Assembly (NCBI GenBank): GCA_900319865.1
Contig: ONQD01000009.1
Location: 10,590 to 74,589, forward strand
Direction of reading: 5' to 3'
Length of the DNA: 64,000 bases
From: an uncultured Bacteroidales bacterium
GTDB taxonomy: Bacteria; Bacteroidota; Bacteroidia; Bacteroidales; P3
Made by a program: the position numbers and the translations under genes. Positions 1-8,524 of the stretch are shown piece by piece. Under the pieces are notes generated by a model, which saw nothing but the letters and a program-made list of their open reading frames with translations, was not told the DNA's origin and ran no database searches. How positions within the stretch are numbered: position 1 is the stretch's first letter; each line of letters begins with the position of its first letter.

Positions 1-423
1 GAACACGGCATCGTTCCCCGTCAGATTGTCAAAAGCACCGAGGCCATCTTGGGCTCCACCAGCGTCATCGAACGTGCCGCCGAGGAACACTACGAAGAAA
101 AAGCCCCCGAAGGCCCCAATATCCCCAACATCGCCGCTTCACCCTACGCTCTCAACACTCCTGCCCACAACGGCAAAAGCCCTGCTGCACCGCACAACAC
201 CTCTCCGGTCCCGCTGGTGGCCGAATCCGAACCGGACAAGACAGCAGGCGAGGACGACCTGCAATGGTGCAACAAAACTAAGGCACAACTCCGCAAGGAA
301 ATACGCGACACCCAGCGCAAAATGCAGCTTGCCGCCAAAGAAATGGACTTCCTTGCCGCTGCCAAATACCGCGACCAAATCCGCGCCATGCAGAAGGCAT
401 TGGAGAGCGCCCGCGGCAACTGA
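1..423 (+). CDS. uvrB: Excinuclease ABC subunit B, C-terminal fragment (5' end outside window)
   Basis: Frame 1 is open from base 1 (EHGIVPRQIVKS...) to TGA at 421-423. The terminal LRKEIRDTQRKMQLAAKEMDFLAAAKYRDQIRAMQKAL is the UVR coiled-coil domain that ends UvrB. Confidence 0.85.
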   Translation, partial: EHGIVPRQIVKSTEAILGSTSVIERAAEEHYEEKAPEGPNIPNIAASPYALNTPAHNGKSPAAPHNTSPVPLVAESEPDKTAGEDDLQWCNKTKAQLRKEIRDTQRKMQLAAKEMDFLAAAKYRDQIRAMQKALESARGN

Positions 424-467
424 CACCTAATACAGCAAATCTCTTTGGCTCATAAGACCTCATCATC

Positions 468-1247
468 ATGAAAAAAATCAGTCTCCTTTTTTCCGCCCTC
501 CTGCTCGTCTGCACAATGGCAGCACAGCCTCACGGCACACACAACAAGAACCCTCGCGGCACATTCCCTCCTCCTCCGCAAGGACCCTCAATCCTGGTGC
601 AATCACAAAACCACGAGACATTCCAAGTGTACATTGACGGCGACCTCGTCAACAACATCCCCAACTCAGAGGTTCTCATCAACAATCTCGACACCCGTCT
701 CCACGAAGTGATTGTCGTCCTCACCCACCCCGCCCACAAGGCCTCCGCCACACAGCTCTATGCCGGCATCCCCTCTCCCATTGTCACCGTCAGCTACGAC
801 ATGCGCCGTCAGCAAATGCTGCTCTACTCCTCGCAGACTGGAGGGAACTACCCCAGCAATGGTCACAACCCTCATCATGACGGCAACCATCGGCACGGTC
901 ACGGCACGACCACTATTCCCCCATCAATCAATCCGCCAGTAATAGAGGAACCCGCCACAGTCACTGACCAATGGGTCGACGAGATGACAGCCATCATCAA
1001 ACGCCAAAGCTTCGACAGCGAGAAACTCACCGCCGCCAAAGGTCTACTAAACAATGGACTACCCCTTACCGCCGCACAGATTGCCCGCATCGCGCAAACC
1101 CTCGACTTCGGCTCCTCGCAAGTCGACTTCCTCAAAGCCGCCTACAGCCATTGCTTCGACCCGCAGAACTACGAACGTGCCCTCTCCGTCCTCACCTTCA
1201 GCTCCGACCGCGAGACCGTCCGCAACTACATCAGCACTCTGCGATAA
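468..1247 (+). CDS. Secreted DUF4476-like protein with His/Pro-rich linker
   Basis: Signal peptide MKKISLLFSALLLVCTMAAQ. Linker NGHNPHHDGNHRHGHG. The C-terminal SFDSEKLTAAKGLL...QVDFLKAAYSHCFDPQNY resembles DUF4476. Confidence 0.6.
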   Translation: MKKISLLFSALLLVCTMAAQPHGTHNKNPRGTFPPPPQGPSILVQSQNHETFQVYIDGDLVNNIPNSEVLINNLDTRLHEVIVVLTHPAHKASATQLYAGIPSPIVTVSYDMRRQQMLLYSSQTGGNYPSNGHNPHHDGNHRHGHGTTTIPPSINPPVIEEPATVTDQWVDEMTAIIKRQSFDSEKLTAAKGLLNNGLPLTAAQIARIAQTLDFGSSQVDFLKAAYSHCFDPQNYERALSVLTFSSDRETVRNYISTLR

Positions 1248-1580
1248 AAAACTTACCCACACTAACATGACATCCCTGCTCCAACTAAGTTTGGGGTAGT
1301 ACCTTCCCTAATCAATCGGAGATTCTGATAAAAGCGACCTTTTTTCTGTCGTAATTCTAGGTGTAATGGACAAAATTAATGGTTTTTTCTTTCATTGGGT
1401 AATACCCTTTTATGCCTCAAAAAACCCATAACCAGATAATTACTCTCGGTTATTTGAGCTCACCCCATTTATCTAAATATCTCCAAAATCCTTAATGTAA
1501 TATAACTAATTGTCGTTGCACTTATTATGTAAATTTGACCATCATATTTGTCCATTACGTCTAATTCTACAATTTCGAAC

Positions 1581-1646
1581 ATAATCCCCAAATTATATAT
1601 GAATTCGGGGAATATAATCCCCAAATTCATACTAAATTTGGGGATT
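1581..1646. repeat. Two adjacent hairpins built from ATAATCCCCAAATT
   Basis: Direct copies at 1581-1594 and 1614-1627. Perfect inverted copy AATTTGGGGATT at 1635-1646 gives a 12-bp stem with a 7-nt loop. An imperfect 9/10 stem pairs 1585-1594 with 1602-1611. Confidence 0.75.
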
Positions 1647-1771
1647 TGCACCAACTACACAAATAAACGGATAGCTGTATTTACCTGACCGCAAACACTC
1701 CTTTACCCACATTGACATAACATGCCATCCCTCGATTCATTCTGAATCTTGGGATGCATGTACTAATGGTC

Positions 1772-1893
1772 ATACACTTTTTAGTCGCAGTTTTTGTATC
1801 ACTGATACACTTTCTAGTCTGAGTTTTTGTACACCCGATACACTTTTTAGTCGGAGTTTTTGACACAAACTTACACTTTTCTGTCGCAGTTTG
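1772..1893. repeat. Four tandem direct repeats of about 33 bp (ATACACTTTTTAGTCGCAGTTTTTGTA-like)
   Basis: Unit starts at 1772, 1805, 1838 and 1872 (last copy degenerate). Spacing is 33/33/34 bp. Confidence 0.8.
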
Positions 1894-2294
1894 AAAAATT
1901 CCAGGTTCGTTAACCCTTAAGTTCTTATTAACCCCTTAGCTACCTTCTATTCACCTCAGCCGTAAAAAATGCCTGTAAAAAGGAGTGATTTGATGGTGAA
2001 CAGGAAGCAAAGCTGGATTTTTCTCAGAAGATTACTATTCCGCCTTCGTAGCGTGTCGGTGTGCATTCCTGCCCGCGGATTCAACGGCAATGATACATGA
2101 ATAAGGTTGGCATTCAGTATAATTAATGGTGTGTACAATACTATATGCCAGCTTCTTTTATTGTGATTCTACTAAGCATTTGGCGGGAGGACCAAAAATG
2201 ATTGGGGAGATACAACTTAAACCTTCAAAAAGGAAGAACGAAGAAAGATGTGACGTTGTTGCCACGTGGCGGGAATTGCGGTGGGGCGGTCATA

Positions 2295-2329
2295 AATAAC
2301 AAAGAGGCGGAGCCGAAGCTCTGCCTCTT
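2295..2329 (-). terminator. Intrinsic terminator after the coiled-coil lipoprotein gene
   Basis: AAGAGGCGGAGC-CGAA-GCTCTGCCTCTT forms a 12-bp stem (one G-U) at 2302-2329. It is followed on the minus strand by TTGTTATTTATG and lies 30 nt past the stop at 2360. Confidence 0.6.
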
Positions 2330-2359
2330 ATTATGTTAATATGTTAATATGTGACGGTG

Positions 2360-3238
2360 TTATTTTGTGGAGATGACCAGGAAGCGGGTCAGTTCCCAGA
2401 ATTTGGCGGGGTTGAGGATGCGGAGGTACGAGACCTGCTTGCTGTCGTTCTCATCCATTACAAGTTCATAGCTGTTCTCGGGGTGTTTGGACACGACGAC
2501 AGCCCTCTTCATGTTGATGGGGATAGTGGTGACCTTGGTGCGGTCGATTTGGGTGAAACGGTCGAGAGGCATTTCGCTGTTGGTGCCTTGACGACGGCCG
2601 ATGCCGATAAATCCACCCGACTTGCTGACGATACCGGCCTCGTTGAGGTCGTCGTATGTTCCCACCACATAGAATGCACGGTTGGCCTCGGCAGTCTGGA
2701 GTTTGATGTACTCATCTTTCTGTTGGTTGGCAGCGGTGAGTTCGGTTACATCCTGGTTGAGTTTGTTGATGATAACCTTGTTGTTCTCCAACTCGGTGAG
2801 GAGCTGTGCGATTTGTGACTCCTGGTCGGCGATGCGCTTTTCCTGACTGGAGACGAGTTCCTGAAGACGGGTGCTCTCCTTGTTGTCGGCGCTGATTTTC
2901 GACTGGAGGTTGGCTATCTTTTGTTTATTGGCAGCCATCAGGCTTTCGATTTCTTTAATCTGGGCGGCAATCTGGTTTTTGACGCTGGGCTGGCCTTCGA
3001 TGTTGGCACGACGCAATTCCTGTACAGCATTGTAGCGGGCGTTGACTGCAGCCAGGTTTTCTTCAATCTGGTTGAGTGTGGAGAAAAGGGAGTCAAGCTC
3101 GGAATCCTTATTCTGGATGATGAGAGAAAGGGAGTCGTTCTGCTTGATAGCGGCATCAAGTTCAGCCTGATGGTTGTTGCACGAGGCGCAGAAGAAAGCG
3201 GCCAAGGCAATTGAGGAAACCAATAAAAATCGTTTCAT
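2360..3238 (-). CDS. Lipoprotein with long coiled-coil region (Cbp1-like adhesin family suspected)
   Basis: Lipobox-type signal MKRFLLVSSIALAAFFCASC. About 150 aa of heptad-like Q/E/L-rich sequence. Globular C-terminus FYVVGTYDDLNEAGIVSKSGGFIGIG. Confidence 0.6.
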   Translation of the reverse strand: MKRFLLVSSIALAAFFCASCNNHQAELDAAIKQNDSLSLIIQNKDSELDSLFSTLNQIEENLAAVNARYNAVQELRRANIEGQPSVKNQIAAQIKEIESLMAANKQKIANLQSKISADNKESTRLQELVSSQEKRIADQESQIAQLLTELENNKVIINKLNQDVTELTAANQQKDEYIKLQTAEANRAFYVVGTYDDLNEAGIVSKSGGFIGIGRRQGTNSEMPLDRFTQIDRTKVTTIPINMKRAVVVSKHPENSYELVMDENDSKQVSYLRILNPAKFWELTRFLVISTK

Positions 3239-3317
3239 GTTGATTGTTTTTATTTTGTTATTATTTTTTGTTCGTTATACAATAAATCCGTAACTTTTCG
3301 TTATTTAGAAACGAAGA

Positions 3318-3325
3318 TATTTTTG
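3318..3325 (+). promoter_or_regulatory. Bacteroides-type -7 box TAttTTTG upstream of dcp
   Basis: Exact TAnnTTTG match 46 nt upstream of the ATG at 3371. Confidence 0.45.
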
Positions 3326-3370
3326 TTTTATTGCACAAATAGGAAGAAACAATCTTAATAATTCTAAAAA

Positions 3371-5488
3371 ATGAAGAAATACGTCAAAATTATAACGATT
3401 ATGGTCATGACTACCGTCGCTATGCCCCTCGTGGCACAAAACAGCAATCCCCTTTTGCAGGAATGGAAAACTCCCTACCAAACTCCCCCGTTCAGCCAGA
3501 TAAAGAACGAGCACTACGCCCCTGCCGTCAAGGAGGCCATCAAGGAGGCTGAAAAGAATATCGAAAAGATTATTGACCAGAAAGAAGCCCCCACTTTCGA
3601 GAACACCATCGAGGCACTGCAGCTGGCCAGCCGCAAACTGGACCGCATAAGCAGTGTGCTGTTCAACCTGAACGAGTGCAATACCGACAGCGAGATGCAA
3701 CGCATAGTGATGGAGCTGACGCCGAAGCTGACCCGTTTCTCGAACAGTGTGAACATGAATCCGAAATTGTTCGAACGGGTGGAGAAAGTCTATGCCCAAC
3801 GCGACCGACTGAATCTGACCACCGAGCAGCGCACACTGCTGGAGGACACCTATAAGGGTTTTGTGCGCAACGGTGTGGGACTGACAGGCAACGACCGCAA
3901 AACTTATGCCAAAAACAGCGAGCGGCTGTCGGAATTGTCGCAGCAGATGAACCAAAACGTGCTGGCCGACAACAACGACTACATACTTCACATCACTAAA
4001 GCAGCCGACCTCTCGGGGCTGCCCGAAAATGTGATTGCCGCCGCCCGTGCAGAGGCCCAGGAGCGCAACATGGAGGGTTGGGTTTTCACTCTGGCATACC
4101 CCTCGTTCGGTCCGTTCCTGACCTATGCCGACAACCGCAACCTGCGCGAGCAAATCTGGAAGGCATACAACAGCAGAGGCAACCGAGGCAACAAAAACGA
4201 CAACAACGCCATCATCCGCGAGATGACCGACCTCCGCATGCAACAAGCCCAACTGCTGGGATACAGAACCTATTGCGAATATGTGTTGACCAACCGCATG
4301 TGCCAAACCCCGGTACAGCTAGATGCCTTTTTCAAGAGTTTGATGGATGCCGCCCTGCCATTTGCCAAGAAGGATTTGGAGGAAGTGAGTGCCTTTGCCC
4401 AAAGCCTGGGGGCCGAGTTGCCGTTGCAACGCTGGGACTTCTCGTACTATAGCGAGAAACTGAAGAAACAGAAATACGACTTCGATGCAGAGCTGCTCAG
4501 ACCCTACTTCCAACTGGAGAAAGTGCGTCAGGGTATTTTCGACCTGTATGGCAGACTGTACGGCCTGACATTCAGCGAGGCAAAGAACATCGATGTGTAC
4601 CATCCCGACGTGAAGGTGTATGAGGTGCGTGATGGACAACGTTTTATGGGCATCCTGTATCTGGACATGCATCCCCGCGCCAGCAAGCGCAGCGGAGCCT
4701 GGATGACCGAATTCAGAGAGCAAAGCAACATGAACGGCCAGCAGGTGAGACCCTTGATACATGTGGTTTGCAACTTCTCGAAACCAGTGGGGGGGAAGCC
4801 TGCTCTGTTGAGTTTTGATGAGGTGGAGACCTTTATGCACGAGTTTGGACACGCCATGCACGGGATGCTTACCGACTGCACATATCCCTCGCTGAGCGGC
4901 ACCAGTGTGAAACGCGACTTTGTGGAGCTGCCCTCGCAGGTGATGGAGAATTGGTGCTACGAGTCACAATTCCTCAACACCTTTGCCCGACACTACGAAA
5001 CCGGCGACACGGTGCCCGGCGAATACATCCAAAAGATAAAAGCCGCCGAGAAATACCTGGCCGGATGGCTGTGTGTGCGACAGCTGAGCCTGGGACTGGT
5101 GGACAAGGCGTTCCATTCCATCACCCAACCTATTGAGGGCCCGGTGGAAGAATTTGAACGGCAACACATGGTGGAGCTGCTGCCCAAGGTGGAAGGAGCC
5201 AACACCAGCACAGCCTTTACCCATATCTTTGCCGGAGGGTATGCATCGGGATACTATGGATACAAATGGGCCGAGGTGCTGGATGCAGATGTGTTCTCCA
5301 AGTTCAAGCAGAACGGTATTTTCGACAAGAAGACCGCACAATCGTTCCGCAAGGAGATACTGTCGAAAGGCGGCACCGAACACCCCTCTATCCTGTTCCG
5401 CAACTTTATGGGCAGAGACCCCAACAACAATGCGCTGATGATTCGCTGTGGGTTCACTCAGGAGACGCTGTCCTCGATACCCGAATAA
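3371..5488 (+). CDS. dcp: M3-family peptidyl-dipeptidase Dcp
   Basis: 705 aa with a signal peptide and the HEFGHAMHG zinc motif. Overall M3A organisation. Confidence 0.9.
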   Translation: MKKYVKIITIMVMTTVAMPLVAQNSNPLLQEWKTPYQTPPFSQIKNEHYAPAVKEAIKEAEKNIEKIIDQKEAPTFENTIEALQLASRKLDRISSVLFNLNECNTDSEMQRIVMELTPKLTRFSNSVNMNPKLFERVEKVYAQRDRLNLTTEQRTLLEDTYKGFVRNGVGLTGNDRKTYAKNSERLSELSQQMNQNVLADNNDYILHITKAADLSGLPENVIAAARAEAQERNMEGWVFTLAYPSFGPFLTYADNRNLREQIWKAYNSRGNRGNKNDNNAIIREMTDLRMQQAQLLGYRTYCEYVLTNRMCQTPVQLDAFFKSLMDAALPFAKKDLEEVSAFAQSLGAELPLQRWDFSYYSEKLKKQKYDFDAELLRPYFQLEKVRQGIFDLYGRLYGLTFSEAKNIDVYHPDVKVYEVRDGQRFMGILYLDMHPRASKRSGAWMTEFREQSNMNGQQVRPLIHVVCNFSKPVGGKPALLSFDEVETFMHEFGHAMHGMLTDCTYPSLSGTSVKRDFVELPSQVMENWCYESQFLNTFARHYETGDTVPGEYIQKIKAAEKYLAGWLCVRQLSLGLVDKAFHSITQPIEGPVEEFERQHMVELLPKVEGANTSTAFTHIFAGGYASGYYGYKWAEVLDADVFSKFKQNGIFDKKTAQSFRKEILSKGGTEHPSILFRNFMGRDPNNNALMIRCGFTQETLSSIPE

Positions 5489-5628
5489 TGGAGACCACCG
5501 GCCTCTATCCTGTTGCCAAAGCATAAGGACGCTTTATAAACAACCCTACAAAAAAGCAGAATGCACAGGCTGCAACAAGCGAAATATGTCCAGCCGAATG
5601 CACCTGCACCACTTTAAAATATAACAAC

Positions 5629-7935
5629 ATGAATGAAATTTACGCAAAACAGATATTAAAGATATTTGCCAATAATCCTTTTGATTCGTTCAACCACAAA
5701 CAGATTTCCTCGCGGGTGGGAGCCCACGACAAGGGAAGCCGCCAACTGGTGATTGCCACCCTTCAGGAACTGGCCGAAGCCAAGATATTGGTGGCAGACA
5801 AGAACGCCCGCGGCAAATATAAAATCAACCCAAAGAACATCAACGACGACCTGCTGCCCAAGAACTACCTGATAGGCACCATCGACATGAAGCAGACGGG
5901 CAAGGCCTATGTGATACCCCAGGACGAGAACCGCGAGGATGTGCTGATATCGGCAAACAACACACACCACGCCCTGCACGGCGATACGGTGAAGGTACTG
6001 ATGTTCCCCCAACGCAAGATGCACAAGCCCGAGGGACAGGTGGTGGAGGTTCTGAAACGAGCCCGCACCCGGTTTGTGGGCATCATACAGAAACAGGACC
6101 GCTTTGCTTTCCTGATAAGCGACAGCCGCACCATGGTGGTGGACATTTTCATACCGCTGAACGAGCTGAACGGAGCGCAGGACGGCGAGAAGGTTGTGGT
6201 AGAGATGACCGATTGGCCCGAACGGATGAACAACCCCGTGGGACACGTGGTGAAACGTCTGGGTCAACCCGGAGACAACAACGTTGAGATGCAGTCGATA
6301 CTGGCCGAATACGATTTCCCTCTAGACTTCCCCAAAGAGGCCGAGAAAGAGGCTGAAAAGATTGTACCGCCAATGGAGAAAGACATGGAAGGCAGGAAAG
6401 ATTTCCGCAAGGTGACTACATTCACCATCGACCCCGCCGACGCAAAGGATTATGACGACGCCCTGTCGTTCAGACGGATGCGAAACGGCAACTACGAGGT
6501 GGGAGTGCATATTGCAGATGTGTCGCACTATGTGAAACCTGGCACAGCCATAGACCGCGAAGCCTATGAACGGGGCACCAGTGTCTATTTGGTTGACCGC
6601 ACAATACCCATGCTCCCCGAGAAACTGTGCAACGGGGTGTGTTCGTTACGTCCCAACGAGGACAAGCTGTGCTTCAGTGTGCTGATGGAACTGAACGAAA
6701 AAGCAGAGGTGTTGAAAACTTGGTTTGGCAAGAGTGTGATAAACAGCGATACACGTTACAGCTACGAAGAGGCCCAGGAAGTGATAGACAGCGGTGCTGT
6801 GGCCCACCCCGAACATAAGAAAACCGACGAGGCTATTCTGGAACTGCACAAGCTGGCCACCATTATGCGGGCGGAACGGTATAAGGAAGGGGCCATAAAC
6901 TTCGAGAGCCAGGAAGTGAAATTCATACTCGACGAGAATTCCAAACCCATAGGGGTATACATCAAGGAGAGCAAAGAGGCCAACTGGCTGATTGAGGAAT
7001 TCATGCTACTGGCGAACAAGATGGTGGCCGAGCGGATTGGCAAACTGCCCGAACAGAAGAAGGGAGATGGAAAGAAAGCCCACGCCAAGACGTTTGTATA
7101 CCGTGTGCACGATGAGCCTAACCCCGAGAAGCTCAACACATTTGTAGAGTTTGTCGGCAAGCTGGGATTCAAGATGAAAGTGGGGTCAAGACAGGCATTG
7201 GCCCACAGTTACAACAATCTGTTCCAAACCATTGCGGGAAGAGGCGAGGAGTATATGATTGACACCATCGCCATCCGCACAATGTCGAAAGCCTACTACA
7301 GTACCGAGAATATAGGACACTATGGGCTGGGATTCCGGTTCTACACCCATTTCACCTCGCCCATACGCCGCTACCCGGACCTGATGGTACACCGCCTGCT
7401 GGAACACTATCTGGGAGGGGGAGCATCGGCGGACGCAGAGGTGTATGAAGAGTATTGCCGGCACTGCTCGCAGATGGAGAAACGGGCCGCCGACGCCGAA
7501 CGCACCAGCGTGAAGTACAAACAAGCCGAATTCCTTAGCGACAAGTTGGGCGAAACATTCCCCGCCTTGATTTCGGGCGTAAGCAAATGGGGCATCTATG
7601 CCGAGATTGAGGGCAACAAATGTGAAGGCATGATTCCCATCGGGAGTCTGCAGGGCGACTATTATATGCTTGACGAGGACAACTACCAAGTTATCGGTAG
7701 ACGATTCGGGAAGACATACAAGCTGGGCATGCCTGTGACCATACGCGTGAAGCATGTGGACATGCTGAAGAAACTGATTGATTTCGAGTTGGTGGACGAA
7801 GAAGCCGAGAAGCCCGCCCGCAAGGAAAAAGGCACAAGAAGCCGGAAAGAGACACCCAAACACGGCAGCACGAAAGCCAAGGCCGAAACCAAAAAAGGTC
7901 GCACCGCAAAGCGAGGAAATAAGAAACAGAAATAG
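5629..7935 (+). CDS. rnr: Ribonuclease R
   Basis: 768 aa. N-terminal winged-helix and cold-shock-like region, RNB core (TIDPADAKDYDDALS, HYGLGFRFYTHFTSPIRRYPDLMVHR), S1 domain and a Lys-rich tail. Confidence 0.92.
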   Translation: MNEIYAKQILKIFANNPFDSFNHKQISSRVGAHDKGSRQLVIATLQELAEAKILVADKNARGKYKINPKNINDDLLPKNYLIGTIDMKQTGKAYVIPQDENREDVLISANNTHHALHGDTVKVLMFPQRKMHKPEGQVVEVLKRARTRFVGIIQKQDRFAFLISDSRTMVVDIFIPLNELNGAQDGEKVVVEMTDWPERMNNPVGHVVKRLGQPGDNNVEMQSILAEYDFPLDFPKEAEKEAEKIVPPMEKDMEGRKDFRKVTTFTIDPADAKDYDDALSFRRMRNGNYEVGVHIADVSHYVKPGTAIDREAYERGTSVYLVDRTIPMLPEKLCNGVCSLRPNEDKLCFSVLMELNEKAEVLKTWFGKSVINSDTRYSYEEAQEVIDSGAVAHPEHKKTDEAILELHKLATIMRAERYKEGAINFESQEVKFILDENSKPIGVYIKESKEANWLIEEFMLLANKMVAERIGKLPEQKKGDGKKAHAKTFVYRVHDEPNPEKLNTFVEFVGKLGFKMKVGSRQALAHSYNNLFQTIAGRGEEYMIDTIAIRTMSKAYYSTENIGHYGLGFRFYTHFTSPIRRYPDLMVHRLLEHYLGGGASADAEVYEEYCRHCSQMEKRAADAERTSVKYKQAEFLSDKLGETFPALISGVSKWGIYAEIEGNKCEGMIPIGSLQGDYYMLDEDNYQVIGRRFGKTYKLGMPVTIRVKHVDMLKKLIDFELVDEEAEKPARKEKGTRSRKETPKHGSTKAKAETKKGRTAKRGNKKQK

Positions 7936-7965
7936 TACGCCTCAGAGAAGAAAGGGGACAGCTAT

Positions 7966-8451
7966 ATGGAAAGGTTGATATTTCTGGATATTGACGGGGT
8001 GCTGAATACCCGTCGCAGTATGCAACAAATGAGGGGACCAAACTCAATGATGAGAGGTTATACCGGTCTCTCTTTGGACCTCGAGGCCGTGCAATGGTTG
8101 AATTACATTGTGGACAACAGCAATGCCGACATTGTTATCACCTCATCTTGGAAATATAAGGGGCTGGAAACCATGCGCAATATGTGGACGGAATACGCCA
8201 TGCACGGCTATGTAAAAGACATCACACCTTCCATCCAAATGAGGAGAGACCTTTTCTGTATGCGCGGGATGGAAATATTGAAATGGCTCTCGGAGAATTA
8301 TCCCGAGGGGAAGGAGCAACCACGGTATGTGATTCTTGATGACGGGGACGACTTCTTGCCCGAACAGGCTGAGATGCTGGTTCGAACCAATGCCGAAGTG
8401 GGCATAACCAAGGAGGATGCCGCTAAAGCCATCAATATTCTGACGAAATAA
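7966..8451 (+). CDS. Small HAD-superfamily protein
   Basis: The N-terminal LIFLDIDGVLN is HAD motif I. 161 aa, starting 31 nt after rnr. Confidence 0.55.
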   Translation: MERLIFLDIDGVLNTRRSMQQMRGPNSMMRGYTGLSLDLEAVQWLNYIVDNSNADIVITSSWKYKGLETMRNMWTEYAMHGYVKDITPSIQMRRDLFCMRGMEILKWLSENYPEGKEQPRYVILDDGDDFLPEQAEMLVRTNAEVGITKEDAAKAINILTK

Positions 8452-8455
8452 CAAA

Positions 8456-8490
8456 GATGCCGCCTTTATTTGTGAGGCGGCATCTTTTTA
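8456..8490. terminator. Hairpin terminator between convergent genes
   Basis: GATGCCGCC (8456-8464) pairs with GGCGGCATC (8476-8484), followed by TTTTT. Confidence 0.7.
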
Positions 8491-8524
8491 TTGGGCAGAG
8501 GAGCCGGAAAGACGGCAATATTAT

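Noticed and set aside
1681-1866. 61-aa minus-strand ORF with KTxT[KR]KC repeats
   Set aside because: The frame is open only because the underlying 33-bp DNA repeat lacks stops. It has a GTG start, no promoter or RBS context, and non-synonymous differences between repeat copies. It is kept as a caveat under the repeat finding.
3305-4306. 333-aa ORF antisense to dcp
   Set aside because: It lies entirely inside a well-supported M3 peptidase gene on the other strand. The translation is low-complexity (V/G/L/H/Q-rich) with no recognisable motif. It is a typical shadow ORF.
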